Positions 39,891 through 52,921 are shown, counted from the whole stretch's first letter. The stretch: DNA of 63,827 nt, filler included, from Octopus bimaculoides (GCF_001194135.2; 11 parts of 9 records of this genome joined end to end with filler, not necessarily neighbours in it); one strand, 5' to 3'. The notes: generated by a model from the sequence alone, not told the origin. Translations and numbers: made by a program.

Positions 39891-40297
39891 ATATTTTTAT
39901 TCTCCGATTTGAAGCGACAATTTTTAAATAGAAACAAATTACTGAAAAATGGTAAACTAACCCCAGCCATAATAGCTTTCTCTCCGTAACTTACAAAACC
40001 GTCCGCGTTTACTTACGAATATTATATGCAATATTAGGCAGTTTAAGTATATATTAACTAAATTTGGCTGCGCAAGGAGCCGCGTTAGTGTTGATTTGTG
40101 GGTTCGATTTTGGTTCGGGTTAGCTCATCATTTTTCAGTCATTTATTTATATTTATAAACTGTCGCTTCAAATGGGAGAATAAAATATTATTATGATATG
40201 TTATTATACAGCTATTATTATACCATGAGCCTTCCATAGCAGCTTTCTCTCCATAACTTACAAAGCCTTCCGCGTTTGTTTACAAATATTATACATA
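39891..40297. repeat. Foldback element with about 73-bp inverted arms plus an overlapping 70-bp direct repeat
   Basis: 39891-39964 is the reverse complement of 40117-40189 (TTCTCC.ATTTGAAGCGACA...CTAACCC). 39962-40036 repeats directly at 40230-40297. Confidence 0.75.
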
Positions 40298-40321
40298 AAC
40301 ATACACACACACATACATACA

Positions 40322-40374
<53 letters not shown>

Positions 40375-40420
40375 GATTAATGAGAGATACGGAAGATTGA
40401 AGCTAGGAGAATGTTTATTC

Positions 40421-40970
40421 ATCACTACAACTGTTTCGACCCATCTAACATTGATCCATTACGAGTGGGATACTGATGTGAGTGTCTCCTTAATACTTTC
40501 TATAGACTAGCGGTTATTGCATTAGCCGTTCATACAAAAAAATTACACATATTCTATGTCAGTACATATTCATGGTACTGATTTAATTCACTGAGAAAAT
40601 ATGTGCGCCAAACCACGCATGTGCGTATGCTTATATCTTCATGCGAACAACGTAAGCGAGGGCGTTTATACAGCCATATCTATTAACGGTTATATCTAAT
40701 ACTATTTTCGCTGTATTGTGTATTTATTTGTTTTCGCATCCGATGTTTCTAATTGATCTTCTATAATGATAAAGCTGTATACCTTAGTTTGCTGCTTTTG
40801 TATGCTCAAACCAAGAAGAAATCTTGCGGAACTTACGCATTATTTTAACGAAATACATCTTGTAATCATCCGAGGAGACACATCTACATCGGCAGATACA
40901 CGAAAACCAGTTGTTCAATATCCCACCCGTCAAGGATCGACGGAAAATGGGTCGAAACAATTGTAGTGAT
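40421..40970. repeat. Foldback element, 550 bp, with terminal inverted repeats
   Basis: ATCACTACAACTGTTTCGACCCAT vs the reverse complement of ATGGGTCGAAACAATTGTAGTGAT (23/24 match). Subterminal inverted similarity extends further (GTGGGATA, GTGTCTCC). Confidence 0.75.
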
Positions 40971-41087
40971 CATTAATCATTCGCGTATCTTCCATCTTCC
41001 GTCTCTCTCATTAATCAAATACCCAACGAAACTGAGAAAGTGCTGCTGCTTTATCAGTAAATTAACAAGTCTATACCATACGAATTA

Positions 41088-42212
41088 TCAGGTTGGCAAC
41101 TAAGTTCCCACCGTTTTTTTAAATTCAAATTTTTTAAAGGTTTAATAAAAAAAAAAAAAACTAATTAACCAGTAATGTATTCACCTTTGTTGTTTACAAC
41201 TTCTTCTCAACGTTCAACAAGATTTTCAATACCTCGTTGGTAGAAATCGGCCGATTTCGACTCGAAAAATTGATCCAACCAGCTCTCAATTCTGCATCAG
41301 TATTGAACGAAACTCCGCCCATAGCATTTGGAAGAGATCGAAAGAGGTGGAAATCTGTTAGTGCCAAATCAGGAGAGTACGGCGGGTGTGGCAGCACTTC
41401 CCAGCCCTGCATTTGAATGGTTTCCTTGGTCATATTGGCGATATGAGGGCGGGCGTTGTCGGGCAGCAGAAAAACTCCATGCTGACGACTAGGTCTTTTC
41501 TCTTGAATAGCCGTGTTGAGTCATTCCATCTGTTGAACATAGAGTTCCGTGTTGACTGTTTGGTTCCGTTCAAGTAATTCGTAATGGATAATCCCTCCTC
41601 AGTCCCACCATATGCACAACATCGTTTTACGCGGATGAAGATCTTGCTTCACGGGCCGTGTCACTTGTTTACCTGAGCTAAGCCATTCCTTACACTGCTT
41701 CATATTGATGTACAGGCACCATTTTTCGTTGCCAGTAACGATTAGGTAAAGAAATCGTTGCTTGTGTCCATGAGTTGAGCGGTGACGAACAAGCAAACCA
41801 GCGGAGATTGTGACTCGTTGATTTTTTTCTCTGCCAGTTCCTTTGTTGTCTGACGAGAATTTTCGTGCAAAATTTGGTATAATCGCCCTTCATCGAACTC
41901 AACTGGACGACTAGAACGAGGTGCGTCTTTGAGGTCAAAATTTTCATTTTTGAACTTGGCATACCAATCACGAGTGGATCTTTCAGCTATGGCACCCTCT
42001 CCATACACAGCACAAATATCACGAGTAGCTTTTGCGGCCTTAGAACCCCGATTAAAAGCAAAAAGAAGGTGTCGAAAATGCTCGTTTTTCTTAACTTGAC
42101 ATTCCATTTTAATGATCTGAAAATAAACAAAATTAACTAAAATTAACTAGAAAACAAACAAAATTGTTTCCAAAATGATTCAAAAATAGAATTCTCGAAA
42201 AAAATAGATTCC
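41088..42212 (-). mobile_element. Near full-length degenerate mariner element
   Basis: TA|TCAGGTTGGCAAC terminus. ORF blocks MECQVKKNEHFRHLLFAFNRG (HTH), IVTGNEKWCLY, KTMLCIWWD, WEVLPHPPYSPDLA. The 5' end runs into a gap. Confidence 0.95.
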
Positions 42213-42559
42213 NNNNNNNNNNNNNNNNNNNNNNNNNNNNNNNNNNNNNNNNNNNNNNNNNNNNNNNNNNNNNNNNNNTATATACATATTGTTGTGTCTA
42301 AGGAAAATCATTATGCCAGTATTATGCATGCATGCATACATACATACATACATACATACGCAAGCACACGCACACGCTAGCACGCCTCAGGAGCTCTTTA
42401 GAGGTAGTGGAATTAATTCTTGCTACCTGGGCTACCTAATTAGTTGGGGTGGGTGGATGTACGGAAACTAATCGCTAGAATAGAAATAGTTTGTAGAAAA
42501 TTTAGAGAGCTTCACCAAATGTTGGCAACCAAATGTTTCTGTCCCCGTTTGAATGGAGA

Positions 42560-43210
42560 TTGTATGATGCATGAATACGAACAACAATGCCACATGGTAG
42601 TGAGTCGTGAGTCCTGAATGCAGAAGACACGCAAAGGCACGAGAGAAAAGGGAGCTAGTATGCTTCGCTGGAGGTTCAATGTGATTGTACATGTGCCACA
42701 AAGTGGATTGAAAGAGAAGTTGCGTATAATAGGAATTAGATCCGTGTGCAAGGGGAAAGACTGCGCTGGTTTGTTCATGCGTATAGATGTAGAGAGTTGC
42801 AAACAAAAGTTCCACTCACTTAAATTAGATGAAAATTGTGGAAGAGAGAGATTGAGAAAGACATGGGACGAAGTATTGAAGACCGATGTCGAGCCACTGA
42901 GCATTACGAAGGAGATGACAAAAGATCGAGCTGTTCTCAAGAAGATCTGTCCGATACAGCAGAATTGATACCAGTGTTGGTGCCACATAAAAAGCACTGG
43001 TGTTGGTGTCACGTTAAAAGCAGTGGTGTTGATGCCATATAAAATGCACCCGGTACACTCTCTAGAGTGGTTGGCATTAGGAAGGGCATCCAGCCGAAGA
43101 AACCATGCTAGAACAGACAATGGAGCCTGCACGGCTCCTGGCCTAACTAGCTTTGGTCAAACTGTCTAACTCATGCCGACATGGAAAAACGACATTAAAT
43201 GATGATAATG
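42560..43210 (+). mobile_element. RTE-clade LINE 3' end with its tail
   Basis: MLRW..V.VH...LKEKL.I.GIR...GR.R.RKTWDEVLKTD...KEMTKDR, followed by the TAGGAAGGGCATCCAGC tail and (GAT)n. Confidence 0.8.
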
Positions 43211-43658
43211 ATAAGAGTGGCTATGTAGTGAGAAGCTTGCTTCCCAAACACATGGTTCTGGGTTCAGTCCCACTGCGTGGCACCTTGGACAAATGTCTTC
43301 TACTATAGCCTCGGGACGACCAAAGCTTTGTGAGTGGATTCGGTAGACGGAAACTGAAAGAAGCTCGTCGTATATATATGTATATATATNNNNNNNNNNN
43401 NNNNNNNNNNNNNNNNNNNNNNNNNNNNNNNNNNNNNNNNNNNNNNNNNNNNNNNNNNNNNNNNNNNNNNNNNNNNNNNNNNNNNNNNNNNNNNNNNNNN
43501 NNNNNNNNNNNNNNNNNNNNNNNNNNNNNNNNNNNNNNNNNNNNNNNNNNNNNNNNNNNNNNNNNNNNNNNNNNNNNNNNNNNNNNNNNNNNNNNNNNNN
43601 NNNNNNNNNNNNNNNNNNNNNNNNNNNNNNNNNNNNNNNNNNNNNNNATATATATATA

Positions 43659-43690
<32 letters not shown>

Positions 43691-46600
43691 ATGTATGTAT
43701 TTGTGTGTCTGTCCTCCTACCATCGCTTGTCAACCGATGTTAGTAGGTTTACGTTCTCGTAACTTAGCGGTTCGGCAAATAAAAAACCCCGATACAATAA
43801 GTACTAGGCTTACAAAGAATAAGTCCTGGGGTCGACTTGTTCGACTAAAGTCGGTGCTCCAGCATGGCGACAGTCAAATGACTGAAACAAGTAAAAGAAT
43901 AAAAGAATAAGATATACATATGTGTGTGTGTTTGCGCGCGCGCGTAGACATCTATGTCCTCACACACCGATTATATATGCCACATAATTGTTGAATAAGT
44001 GATGCAGTTAATAAATAGTCATTTGCACAGCATCTTACTGATTTCTATGACTTGATTCTTGTTGCTTCTGTTCGGGTGAGGTAGCGTTTGTATTCACATA
44101 GTGTAGTACGCTTTGTTTCGACTATCGTGAGCTTGCTTGAACTAGTTATATTAATCCTGTGTTCCTTTTTCTCCTAAAAGCCTTCTTTGCCTTAATGTGG
44201 ATGATGTACCCGAAAGAGTTCAGTCTCATCTGTGCTTCTCTGTCTGTATGGCTTGTATAGTAGGCATCCGCTTACGAACTGATGAACTTCGTCGCTTTTT
44301 TTCGTTGACATGTCTGACCGTCACCAATGCAAAACTTGCTTGACAGTTTCATATTGTGCGTCGCTTTAGCCTGAAAATCAGACGATCAGAAAATGAGGAT
44401 TAGTGTCGTAGTCGGTACTCTAAAGGTATCCAATTATGAGCACCATTCTCAAGTTGTAGTATCTTGTGAAAATTATAACTTGCTGCCAGTGTTTGGAGCG
44501 GAGATGTTTCCAAGACACTGTGTGCTGGCTTTATTATTGGCGTTCGCAAAGTTCAAGTAATCGTTACTCTTAGTCATTAACGCAACCTATACCAGGCAGC
44601 TTGAACAGGTGTTGTAGCTATTCCTGCTTTGAAGTCTTCTGAATTGTCTTTCAGATTTTTGTCACAAAACTCGTCATGTGTGTGTTATGGAGTAGAGGTT
44701 CGGAGCACAGCTGCCGACAAGAATGACAGACATGGTGTATACAGACGAAGTGAGAAAATCTCTCAATTCATTTCTCACTGAGCTCCATCATATACAACAT
44801 TGAGTTTCTTACAGCAAAGCCAAGATACGCTCGACTAAGCTCTCCCCTGCTAAAAAAAGGGGGAAGAGTTTTTCTCTTAGAGTTTATGATTATGCAAGGT
44901 GTGTCTCTTGTAATATTGTGACGTACGCTTGAAATGTTTGCGTTTCGTTGCAAATCACTGCAGTGTTTCGTGTGTCATTTTCTGAAGGTTAACTGAAAGT
45001 CCATGATCCTGAAAGTCCATGATCCTAATCTACATGCTGGCTTCTTTTGTCTTGTTATGCCACATGCCGTTTTTATTGACCATGGCTCTGAGTTCTTTGA
45101 ATTCCCAATCTTCTCATACCTAATGTCGCAGACTGTATCGTCACAGTTTCTCATTGGTTGAGGTTTATTAAGTTAGGAGCAGCCAGTAGTTGTCGAATGA
45201 GACAAGATGGCTTTTGCATCCATCTAAAGCTGCCACTGACGTTAGCTTCACCCCAACTGAGCAATGATTTTCTTGTTAAGCGATGCCTGTTAAACCATGT
45301 TGAAGAATTCCCATAAATGGGAAGGTTTGTGTAGTGTTAGTATGGGAGACCAACAGTTGTCCATGCAACGCGTCTCCCATCTTCATGCCATTGATGTTTA
45401 ATTGAAGACTTTATTGTCTCAGAAACTACTAAAACAATGAATGTGTGTATGTTTGTATTCTTAAAATTGAGCAACTAGGAAACGGCTTTTCTGTAAAATA
45501 ATTTGTATTACAGAGAGGGAAACAGTAATGTTCAAATTTCGTTGATTTTCGGTGTCGTTATCTCAATAAAATAATAGTTGTATTGTTGTATAGTTCGTGC
45601 GATTTGTAGTAACTCAGAAACGAGTACAGGAATAGTTTGTACAAATTTTGCTTCAACCGTTAATTCTTCGCAGACTTTATAGTCTATTTTACCTGTGATA
45701 TACGACTATTTTGAATTTTGGTTTGTAACTTTGCTAGCAGTGTCGCATTCTTAGCTAATCAAATTGTTCATTCGAAGCTATACATAGAAACTATACTACT
45801 ATCAGTTAATGTTTTTATCTTTAAATTCATCGATACAAGCGATAAATTCATTCTAAACCGTACTCCGTATGAATTTGGAGCCATGAATTTTACAAATTTC
45901 ATGATTGCTATGAAATTTATAAATTACACAGATTGTCTAATATAGATTCTATGATAGGAAAGTTGGTGGTTTCGCTTTATTTTATTTTAATTTTTTTTTT
46001 TAGGTTTATCCTCCCCTGCTTTAAAAATACGTTTTCATCCGCTGGTAGCCATTTATGATATGCATTGCTTTCTGTTTTACGAGTTTTTAACGAAGTATTT
46101 TATTTTATTCTATTTTTTTTGTAACCAAATGTATTTGTTTCTTGCAGCAGCTTCTATTTTTGGCTTGAATGCATTTCTTTTCATTTAGTACTGCTTCTCT
46201 TGTATTAATGTGTTATACACACCCATAAGTCGAGCTGAATATATATATATATATGCCTATATATATGTATATGTATATNNNNNNNNNNNNNNNNNNNNNN
46301 NNNNNNNNNNNNNNNNNNNNNNTTAATTAATTAANNNNNNNNNNNNNNNNNNNNNNNNNNNNNNNNNNNNNNNNNNNNTAGGGGTCAACTGGTTAAAGGC
46401 ATTGAGTTCTTTTTCTCGATGTCTCAATTTTACTAACGATACTAGGGATTAATCTGACGTTGACAGATTTATTGCCCACAAGGGGCTACACACAGAGGGG
46501 ACAAACAAGGACAGACAAAGGGGTTAAGTCGATTACATCGACCCCAGTGCGTAACTGGTACTTAATTTATCGACCCCAAAAGGTAGTCAATTAGATGGAC

Positions 46601-46839
46601 CTCAGTATGCAACTGGTACTTAATTTATCGCCCCCGAAAGGATGAAAAGCAAAATCGTCCTCGGCGGAATTTGAACGCAGAACGTAGCGGCAGACGAAAT
46701 ACCGCTAAGCTTTTCGCCCGGCGTTCTAACGTTTCTGCCAGCTCACCGACTTAGCCGTAGCAACAGTAGTGTAGCAGTGACGATGCTGCTGCTGCGGCTG
46801 ATGATGATGATGATGATGATGATGGTGATGACAAAACGA

Positions 46840-47100
46840 CGGCAGCAATGACAGTAGAGACAGCAGCGATTGCGGCGGCTGCGGAGGCGTCTGCGGCGGC
46901 GACGAGGGCGACAATGGACGGAAGGGTGACCGGGCGGGGTAGCCGGGATGTGGGCGACCGACGCGGGGGCAACCGAGGCAGGGAGTGACCGGGTGGGGTT
47001 CGGCCCGGAGCGGCGGCGACTCAGGCGGATGTGACCACGGTGGGGTTCGACCGGCGCGGCGGCGACCGGGATGGCGGTTGTGCTGTCAAAAGCGACGATA
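46840..47100. repeat. GC/CpG-rich low-complexity patch with a 46-bp tandem unit
   Basis: GTGACC..GGTGGGGTTCG.CC.G..GCGGCGGCGAC at 46985 and 47031, and a decayed unit near 46926. Flanked by (GAT)/(GAC) trinucleotide tracts. Confidence 0.7.
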
Positions 47101-47569
47101 TGGCGATAATAATGAAAACGATAAGTTTCACAATGACGATGGTAACGATGACAACGACGACGATGATGATGATCATCAGAATAATCGTTATCATGAAGAT
47201 GATAACGATCACGAGGCAGACAAAAGTGATTACAATAAACGAAGATACAGACAAAAGTGATAACAATAAGTTGTAAAATAATATATTTATTAATTGAATA
47301 AAATTCAACTTTCTGATAAATAAATTAACACAAATCGAATATGTATAACTATAGAAGAAATGTATCTTTAATCTTTGATTTATTTGTTATTAGATTGTGA
47401 CCATACTGGAGCACCCCTTGGACGATTTTAATCGAAGGAATCGACCTCAAGGCTTATTTTTGCGCTGCCTGGTGTCTATTTACCCCATATATTTGTGAAA
47501 TGCGTTGTTAGGGAAATGTAAACAAACACCGGTTGTCATGCAACGATGGGCGACAAACGCAAGCACAAA

Positions 47570-47996
47570 GGCATACACACACACATATATACAGGCACAC
47601 ACACACACACACTCACATACACACAGAAACACGCGCACACAAACACATGGACACATACACACACGCACAAACACATCCATACACACACGCGCACACGCAT
47701 ACAAACACACACACACATGCATACATACAAACATACGCTCACACACAGATACACACACACACACGCACACAAACACACGCACACACACACACAAAACATA
47801 AACATGCACACACAAACACAAGCACACACACAAACACACACACAAATACACCACATACACATACAAACACGCACACACACACGCAAACACACAAACAAAC
47901 ACACACACATACACACACACACACACTCACACACGCATACACACGCTCAAACACACACTCACATACATACAGACACACGCACGCACACACACACGC
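47570..47996. repeat. Long compound (CA)n microsatellite
   Basis: Direct inspection. Confidence 0.95.
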
Positions 47997-48234
47997 CGTG
48001 AGGAAATATTTCTCATCCTTCAACATTTTTCTGAAGAACAACGTTGTCCGAAACATTGGATTTTCAGTTACTCACGGAAGGTTCACTGTAATCTTGTACG
48101 TTTTTTTAAAAAAAAATCGACGGAACCCAGCAACAGCCTCATTACAGTTTGTTTGAACATACATACATACATACATATGTATGTATGTATGTAGTAATAT
48201 AGTTCTGCATAGAACAGCCATGTTATAGTGGCCA

Positions 48235-48636
48235 AAAATATTGCTGTCTTGTTGTTGGCACTCCGTCGCTTACGACGTCGAGGTTTCCCAGTTGATCCGA
48301 TCAACGGAACAGCCTGCTCGTGAAATTAACGTGCAAGTGGCTGAGCACTCCACAGACACGTGTACCCTTAACGTAGTTCTCGGGGATATTCAGCGTGACA
48401 CAGTGTGACAAGGCTGACCCTTTGAATTACAGGCACAACAGAAACAGGAAGTAAGAGTGAGAGAAAGTTGTGGTGGAAGAGTACAGCAGGGTTTGCCACC
48501 ATCCCCTGCCGGAGCCTCGTGGAGCTTTAGGTGTTTTCGTTCAATAAGCACTCACAACGCCCGGTCTGGGAATCGAAACTGCGATCCTATGACCGCGAGT
48601 CCGCTGCCCTAACCACTCGGCCAGTGCGCCTCCACG
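48235..48636 (-). mobile_element. tRNA-derived SINE family A, full length, CpG-intact
   Basis: Reverse complement of 190-557 and 53346-53730. Confidence 0.9.
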
Positions 48637-49259
48637 CTGTCTAGTATTGTTACTACTTATATCTTGTTTACAAAGTTTAGAACTAACTATTTTATTTGTT
48701 ACGAGATCAGTGGCTCTCTGTCACTTCTCTGTTTATATGTTGTGAGTAGGGATGAATGACTGGCATCTCTAGCAGGCAGGTATCCAGAAACGATGACGGA
48801 TAAAGACCCAGAAACCATAGTCTACTGGTCTTGCCAAGCTGGAAGGGAATGTTTCGCTCCCTTACAATATATCGGAATCAGGTTGTGTGTCATTAACCAC
48901 GTTTTCCTGGGGTTAAAATGTAACAACATAGTTCTTTATAGAACAGCCCCCCTCCATAACAAAAAAGGTTACCGTCTAGTAGTGTTATTACTAATATATT
49001 ATTTAGAATTTTTTAAACTAGCTACTTTGCTCGTTTATTTTGCACCCTCATTTATTAATTTAACCTTTTAGGTTATAATTGGTATGGTCACCTATATCAT
49101 AATGTATTTGATATATCTTAATATATTAATATTTTATTATAATACCTTACTGTATATATNNNNNNNNNNNNNNNNNNNNNNNNNNNNNNNNNNNNNNNNN
49201 NNNTTAATTAATTAANNNNNNNNNNNNNNNNNNNNNNNNNNNNNNNNNNNNNNNNNNNN

Positions 49260-49295
<36 letters not shown>

Positions 49296-49417
49296 TCTCT
49301 CTCTTTTATGTGCCTGGTGAACAAACAATGTATATAATAAAAGGATGTGTGTGTGTGTGTGTGTGTGTTTGTGTTTGTGTGTGTGTGTGTAGATACATGT
49401 ACCAATGTCTTTCTTAC

Positions 49418-49504
49418 CTGGCCACACTAATGTATCATCCGGTAAGTGATGTAAGGTCTCTAAAGATTTCAACATAACCTCAGCAGAACATTCAAACATT
49501 CGAC
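49418..49504 (-). CDS. PNKD: Internal exon of the same PNKD-like gene: (G)RMFECSAEVMLKSLETLHHLPDDTLVWP(G)
   Basis: Acceptor gttctattttcag|GT CGA ATG and donor CCA G|GTAAGA. The exon is 87 nt, phase 1/1. It aligns to the PNKD-type segment GRxFEGxAExMLxSLxT...DDTLxWPG that precedes the HEY motif. Confidence 0.9.
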
Positions 49505-49784
49505 CTGAAAATAGAACATGTAATATATTATTTTACTGAAGGAAAACACAATAGCCCACCACCTCACCCCACCCCACCTCCATACACAAACACAGACGGA
49601 CACAAACACAAACACAGACGGACAACGCTGCTGTCTTTCTGATACTCCCCCTCTTGTCCATCAGTAACCTTAAAAAGGATTCTGTCTGAAACACTGGGTA
49701 TTCCACATGTCCTGCAGCAATTATTTCATTCCTAATGAAACAACTGTAGCAATACTAGATAACCCCTTTTGACTGTTTTTATAA

Positions 49785-49816
<32 letters not shown>

Positions 49817-51063
49817 GGAAGCAAATATATTTAGAAGAATAAGTCATGGAAATTCTCTGCTGAATTCACAGTCCTGTCCCAAATCCCTCTTAATCCCATA
49901 ACCCCCATCCTGGGACCATCAGTAACAAAAACATCCATTACTCTAACAATATACGTTTACTGTTTTACTTGTTTCAGTCATTTGACTGCGGCCATGCTGG
50001 AGCACCACCTTTTTAGTCGAGCTAATCGACCCCAGGACTTATTCTTTGTAAGCCTAGTACTTATTCTATCAGTCTCTTTTGCCGAACCACTAAGTTACAG
50101 GGACTTAAACACACCAGCATCGGTTGTCAAGCGATGTTGGGGGTACAAACACAGACACACACATATATATATACATATATACAACATATACATATATATA
50201 TGATGGGCTTCTTTCAGTTTCCGTCTACCNNNNNNNNNNNNNNNNNNNNNNNNNNNNNNNNNNNNNNNNNNNNNNNNNNNNNNNNNNNNNNNNNNNNNNN
50301 NNNNNNNNNNNNNNNNNNNNNNNNNNNNNNNNNNNNNNNNNNNNNNNNNNNNNNNNNNNNNNNNNNNNNNNNNNNNNNNNNNNNNNNNNNNNNNNNNNNN
50401 NNNNNNNNNNNNNNNNNNNNNNNNNNNNNNNNNNNNNNNNNNNNNNNNNNNNNNNNNNNNNNNNNNNNNNNNNNNNNNNNNNNNNNNNNNNNNNNNNNNN
50501 NNNNNNNNNNNNNNNNNNNNNNNNNNNNNNNNNNNNNNNNNNNNNNNNNNNNNNNNNNNNNNNNNNNNNNNNNNNNNNNNNNNNNNNNNNNNNNNNNNNN
50601 NNTGAGCGAAAACACCTAAAGCTCCACGAGGCTCCGGCAGGGGATGGTGGCGAACCCTGCTGTACTCTTTCACCACAACTTTCTCTCACTCTTTCTTCCT
50701 GTTTCTGTTGTGCCTGTAATTCAAAGGGTCAGCCTTGTCACACTCTGTGTCACGCTGAATATCCCCGAGAACTACGTTAAGGGTACACGTGTCTGAGGAG
50801 CGCTCAGCCACTATCTGCACGTTAATTTCACGAGCAGGCTGTTCCGTTGATCAGAGCAACTGGAACCCTCAACGTCGTAAGCGACGGAGTGCCAACAACC
50901 CTCACTTTAAAACTGCTGGCTTGAAACCATTATTTGGAACACAAATTAACATGGAATGTTCTAATTTAGATAATTTTAAGTGGAAAGTTTGTTCGAGAGA
51001 AAATAGGAGAGGACTCAGACTGGTTCTTATCAAAAGGGTTAAATCAAAGGGATGGGTACTCAC

Positions 51064-51156
51064 TTTGTGGCACTTGGTACTCTGTCAAAAGCTCCACCAA
51101 AGACTTTAATTTCAGGATACATTCTTTTCATGTGAGCATTTCCACCACTGTGGTCC
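51064..51156 (-). CDS. PNKD: Internal exon of a PNKD/HAGH (glyoxalase II-like metallo-beta-lactamase) gene: (W)DHSGGNAHMKRMYPEIKVFGGAFDRVPSAT
   Basis: Acceptor cttatttccttcag|G GAC CAC and donor ACA AA|GTGAGT. The exon is 93 nt, phase 2/2 and open. WDHSGGN is the end of the THxHxDH metal-binding motif; DHSGGN matches PNKD rather than HAGH (DHAGGN). Confidence 0.9.
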
Positions 51157-51603
51157 CTGAAGGAAATAAGAATTGGTCAAAGAATCAGTACAATGTTTAC
51201 AACAACAACAACCTTTTAAAGTCGACTTTTCTATGTTTGCATGAATTGGACAGAATTTGTTGAAATATGGATACACATGTGTTTACATGCACATACTTTT
51301 CCATGCTTTGACCAGCCCCTTGACCCCTTAGGGGTCATTGGGGTGCTGCAGCCATGCAATGTATACGCATAGCACATGCACAGACACACACATATATATA
51401 TATACACAACAAGCTTTTCTCAGTTTCCCTCTACCAAATCCACTCACAAGGCTTTTGGCTTGTTAGAGGCTGTCACAGAAGACACTTGCTCAAAGTGTAT
51501 ATAGTGGGACTGAACCTGGGACCATGTGGTTAGGTAACAAACTTCTTCCTACACGTCACACCTACACCCACAAAAGATGTGTGTGTGTGTGAGTGAGTGT
51601 GTT

Positions 51604-51646
<43 letters not shown>

Positions 51647-52797
51647 CATTCAATAATAGGATGAATTCTTTTATAAGAATTTATCAAGTAGCTAGCAGGA
51701 AAAAACCTCATAAGGGAAAAATCCATCATTTATTCCCCAAAATATATTTATTTATGTGTTTATTATGGTANNNNNNNNNNNNNNNNNNNNNNNNNNNNNN
51801 NNNNNNNNNNNNNNNNNNNNNNNNNNNNNNNNNNNNNNNNNNNNNNNNNNNNNNNNNNNNNNNNNNNNNNNNNNNNNNNNNNNNNNNNNNNNNNNNNNNN
51901 NNNNNNNNNNNNNNNNNNNNNNNNNNNNNNNNNNNNNNNNNNNNNNNNNNNNNNNNNNNNNNNNNNNNNNNNNNNNNNNNNNNNNNNNNNNNNNNNNNNN
52001 NNNNNNNNNNNNNNNNNNNNNNNNNNNNNNNNNNNNNNNNNNNNNNNNNNNNNNNNNNNNNNNNNNNNNNNNNNNNNNNNNNNNNNNNNNNNNNNNNNNN
52101 NNNNNNNNNNNNNNNNNNNNNNNNNNNNNNNNNNNNNNNNNNNNNNNNNNNNNNNNNNNNNNNNNNNNNNNNNNNNNNNNNNNNNNNNNNNNNNNNNNNN
52201 NNNNNNNNNNNNNNNNNNNNNNNNNNNNNNNNNNNNNNNNNNNNNNNNNNNNNNNNNNNNNNNNNNNNNNNNNNNNNNNNNNNNNNNNNNNNNNNNNNNN
52301 NNNNNNNNNNNNNNNNNNNNNNNNNNNNNNNNNNNNNNNNNNNNNNNNNNNNNNNNNNNNNNNNNNNNNNNNNNNNNNNNNNNNNNNNNNNNNNNNNNNN
52401 NNNNNNNNNNNNNNNNNNNNNNNNNNNNNNNNNNNNNNNNNNNNNNNNNNNNNNNNNNNNNNNNNNNNNNNNNNNNNNNNNNNNNNNNNNNNNNNNNNNN
52501 NNNNNNNNNNNNNNNNNNNNNNNNNNNNNNNNNNNNNNNNNNNNNNNNNNNNNNNNNNNNNNNNNNNNNNNNNNNNNNNNNNNNNNNNNNNNNNNNNNNN
52601 NNNNNNNNNNNNNNNNNNNNNNNNNNNNNNNNNNNNNNNNNNNNNNNNNNNNNNNNNNNNNNNNNNNNNNNNNNNNNNNNNNNNNNNNNNNNNNNNNNNN
52701 NNNNNNNNNNNNNNNNNNNNNNNNNNNNGTGTGGGTATACGTCTGAACAAACGCACATCTATCTATCTATCTATCTCTCTATCTATCTATCTATCTC

Positions 52798-52828
<31 letters not shown>

Positions 52829-52889
52829 CTCTATCTATCTATCTATCCATCTATCTATCTATCTATCTATCCATCTATCTATCTCTCTC

Positions 52890-52921
<32 letters not shown>

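Noticed and set aside
40940-40970. GGGTC-GAAA-CAATTGT-A-GTGAT as a possible second hammerhead family
   Set aside because: The 3' half fits (GAAA, palindromic stem III, GUA), but no CUGANGA box or stem I partner is found upstream in either arm.
46985-47260. 91-aa G/R/D-rich ORF in the GC island
   Set aside because: It starts at GTG and is composed of low-complexity repeat translations; there is no splice or homology support.
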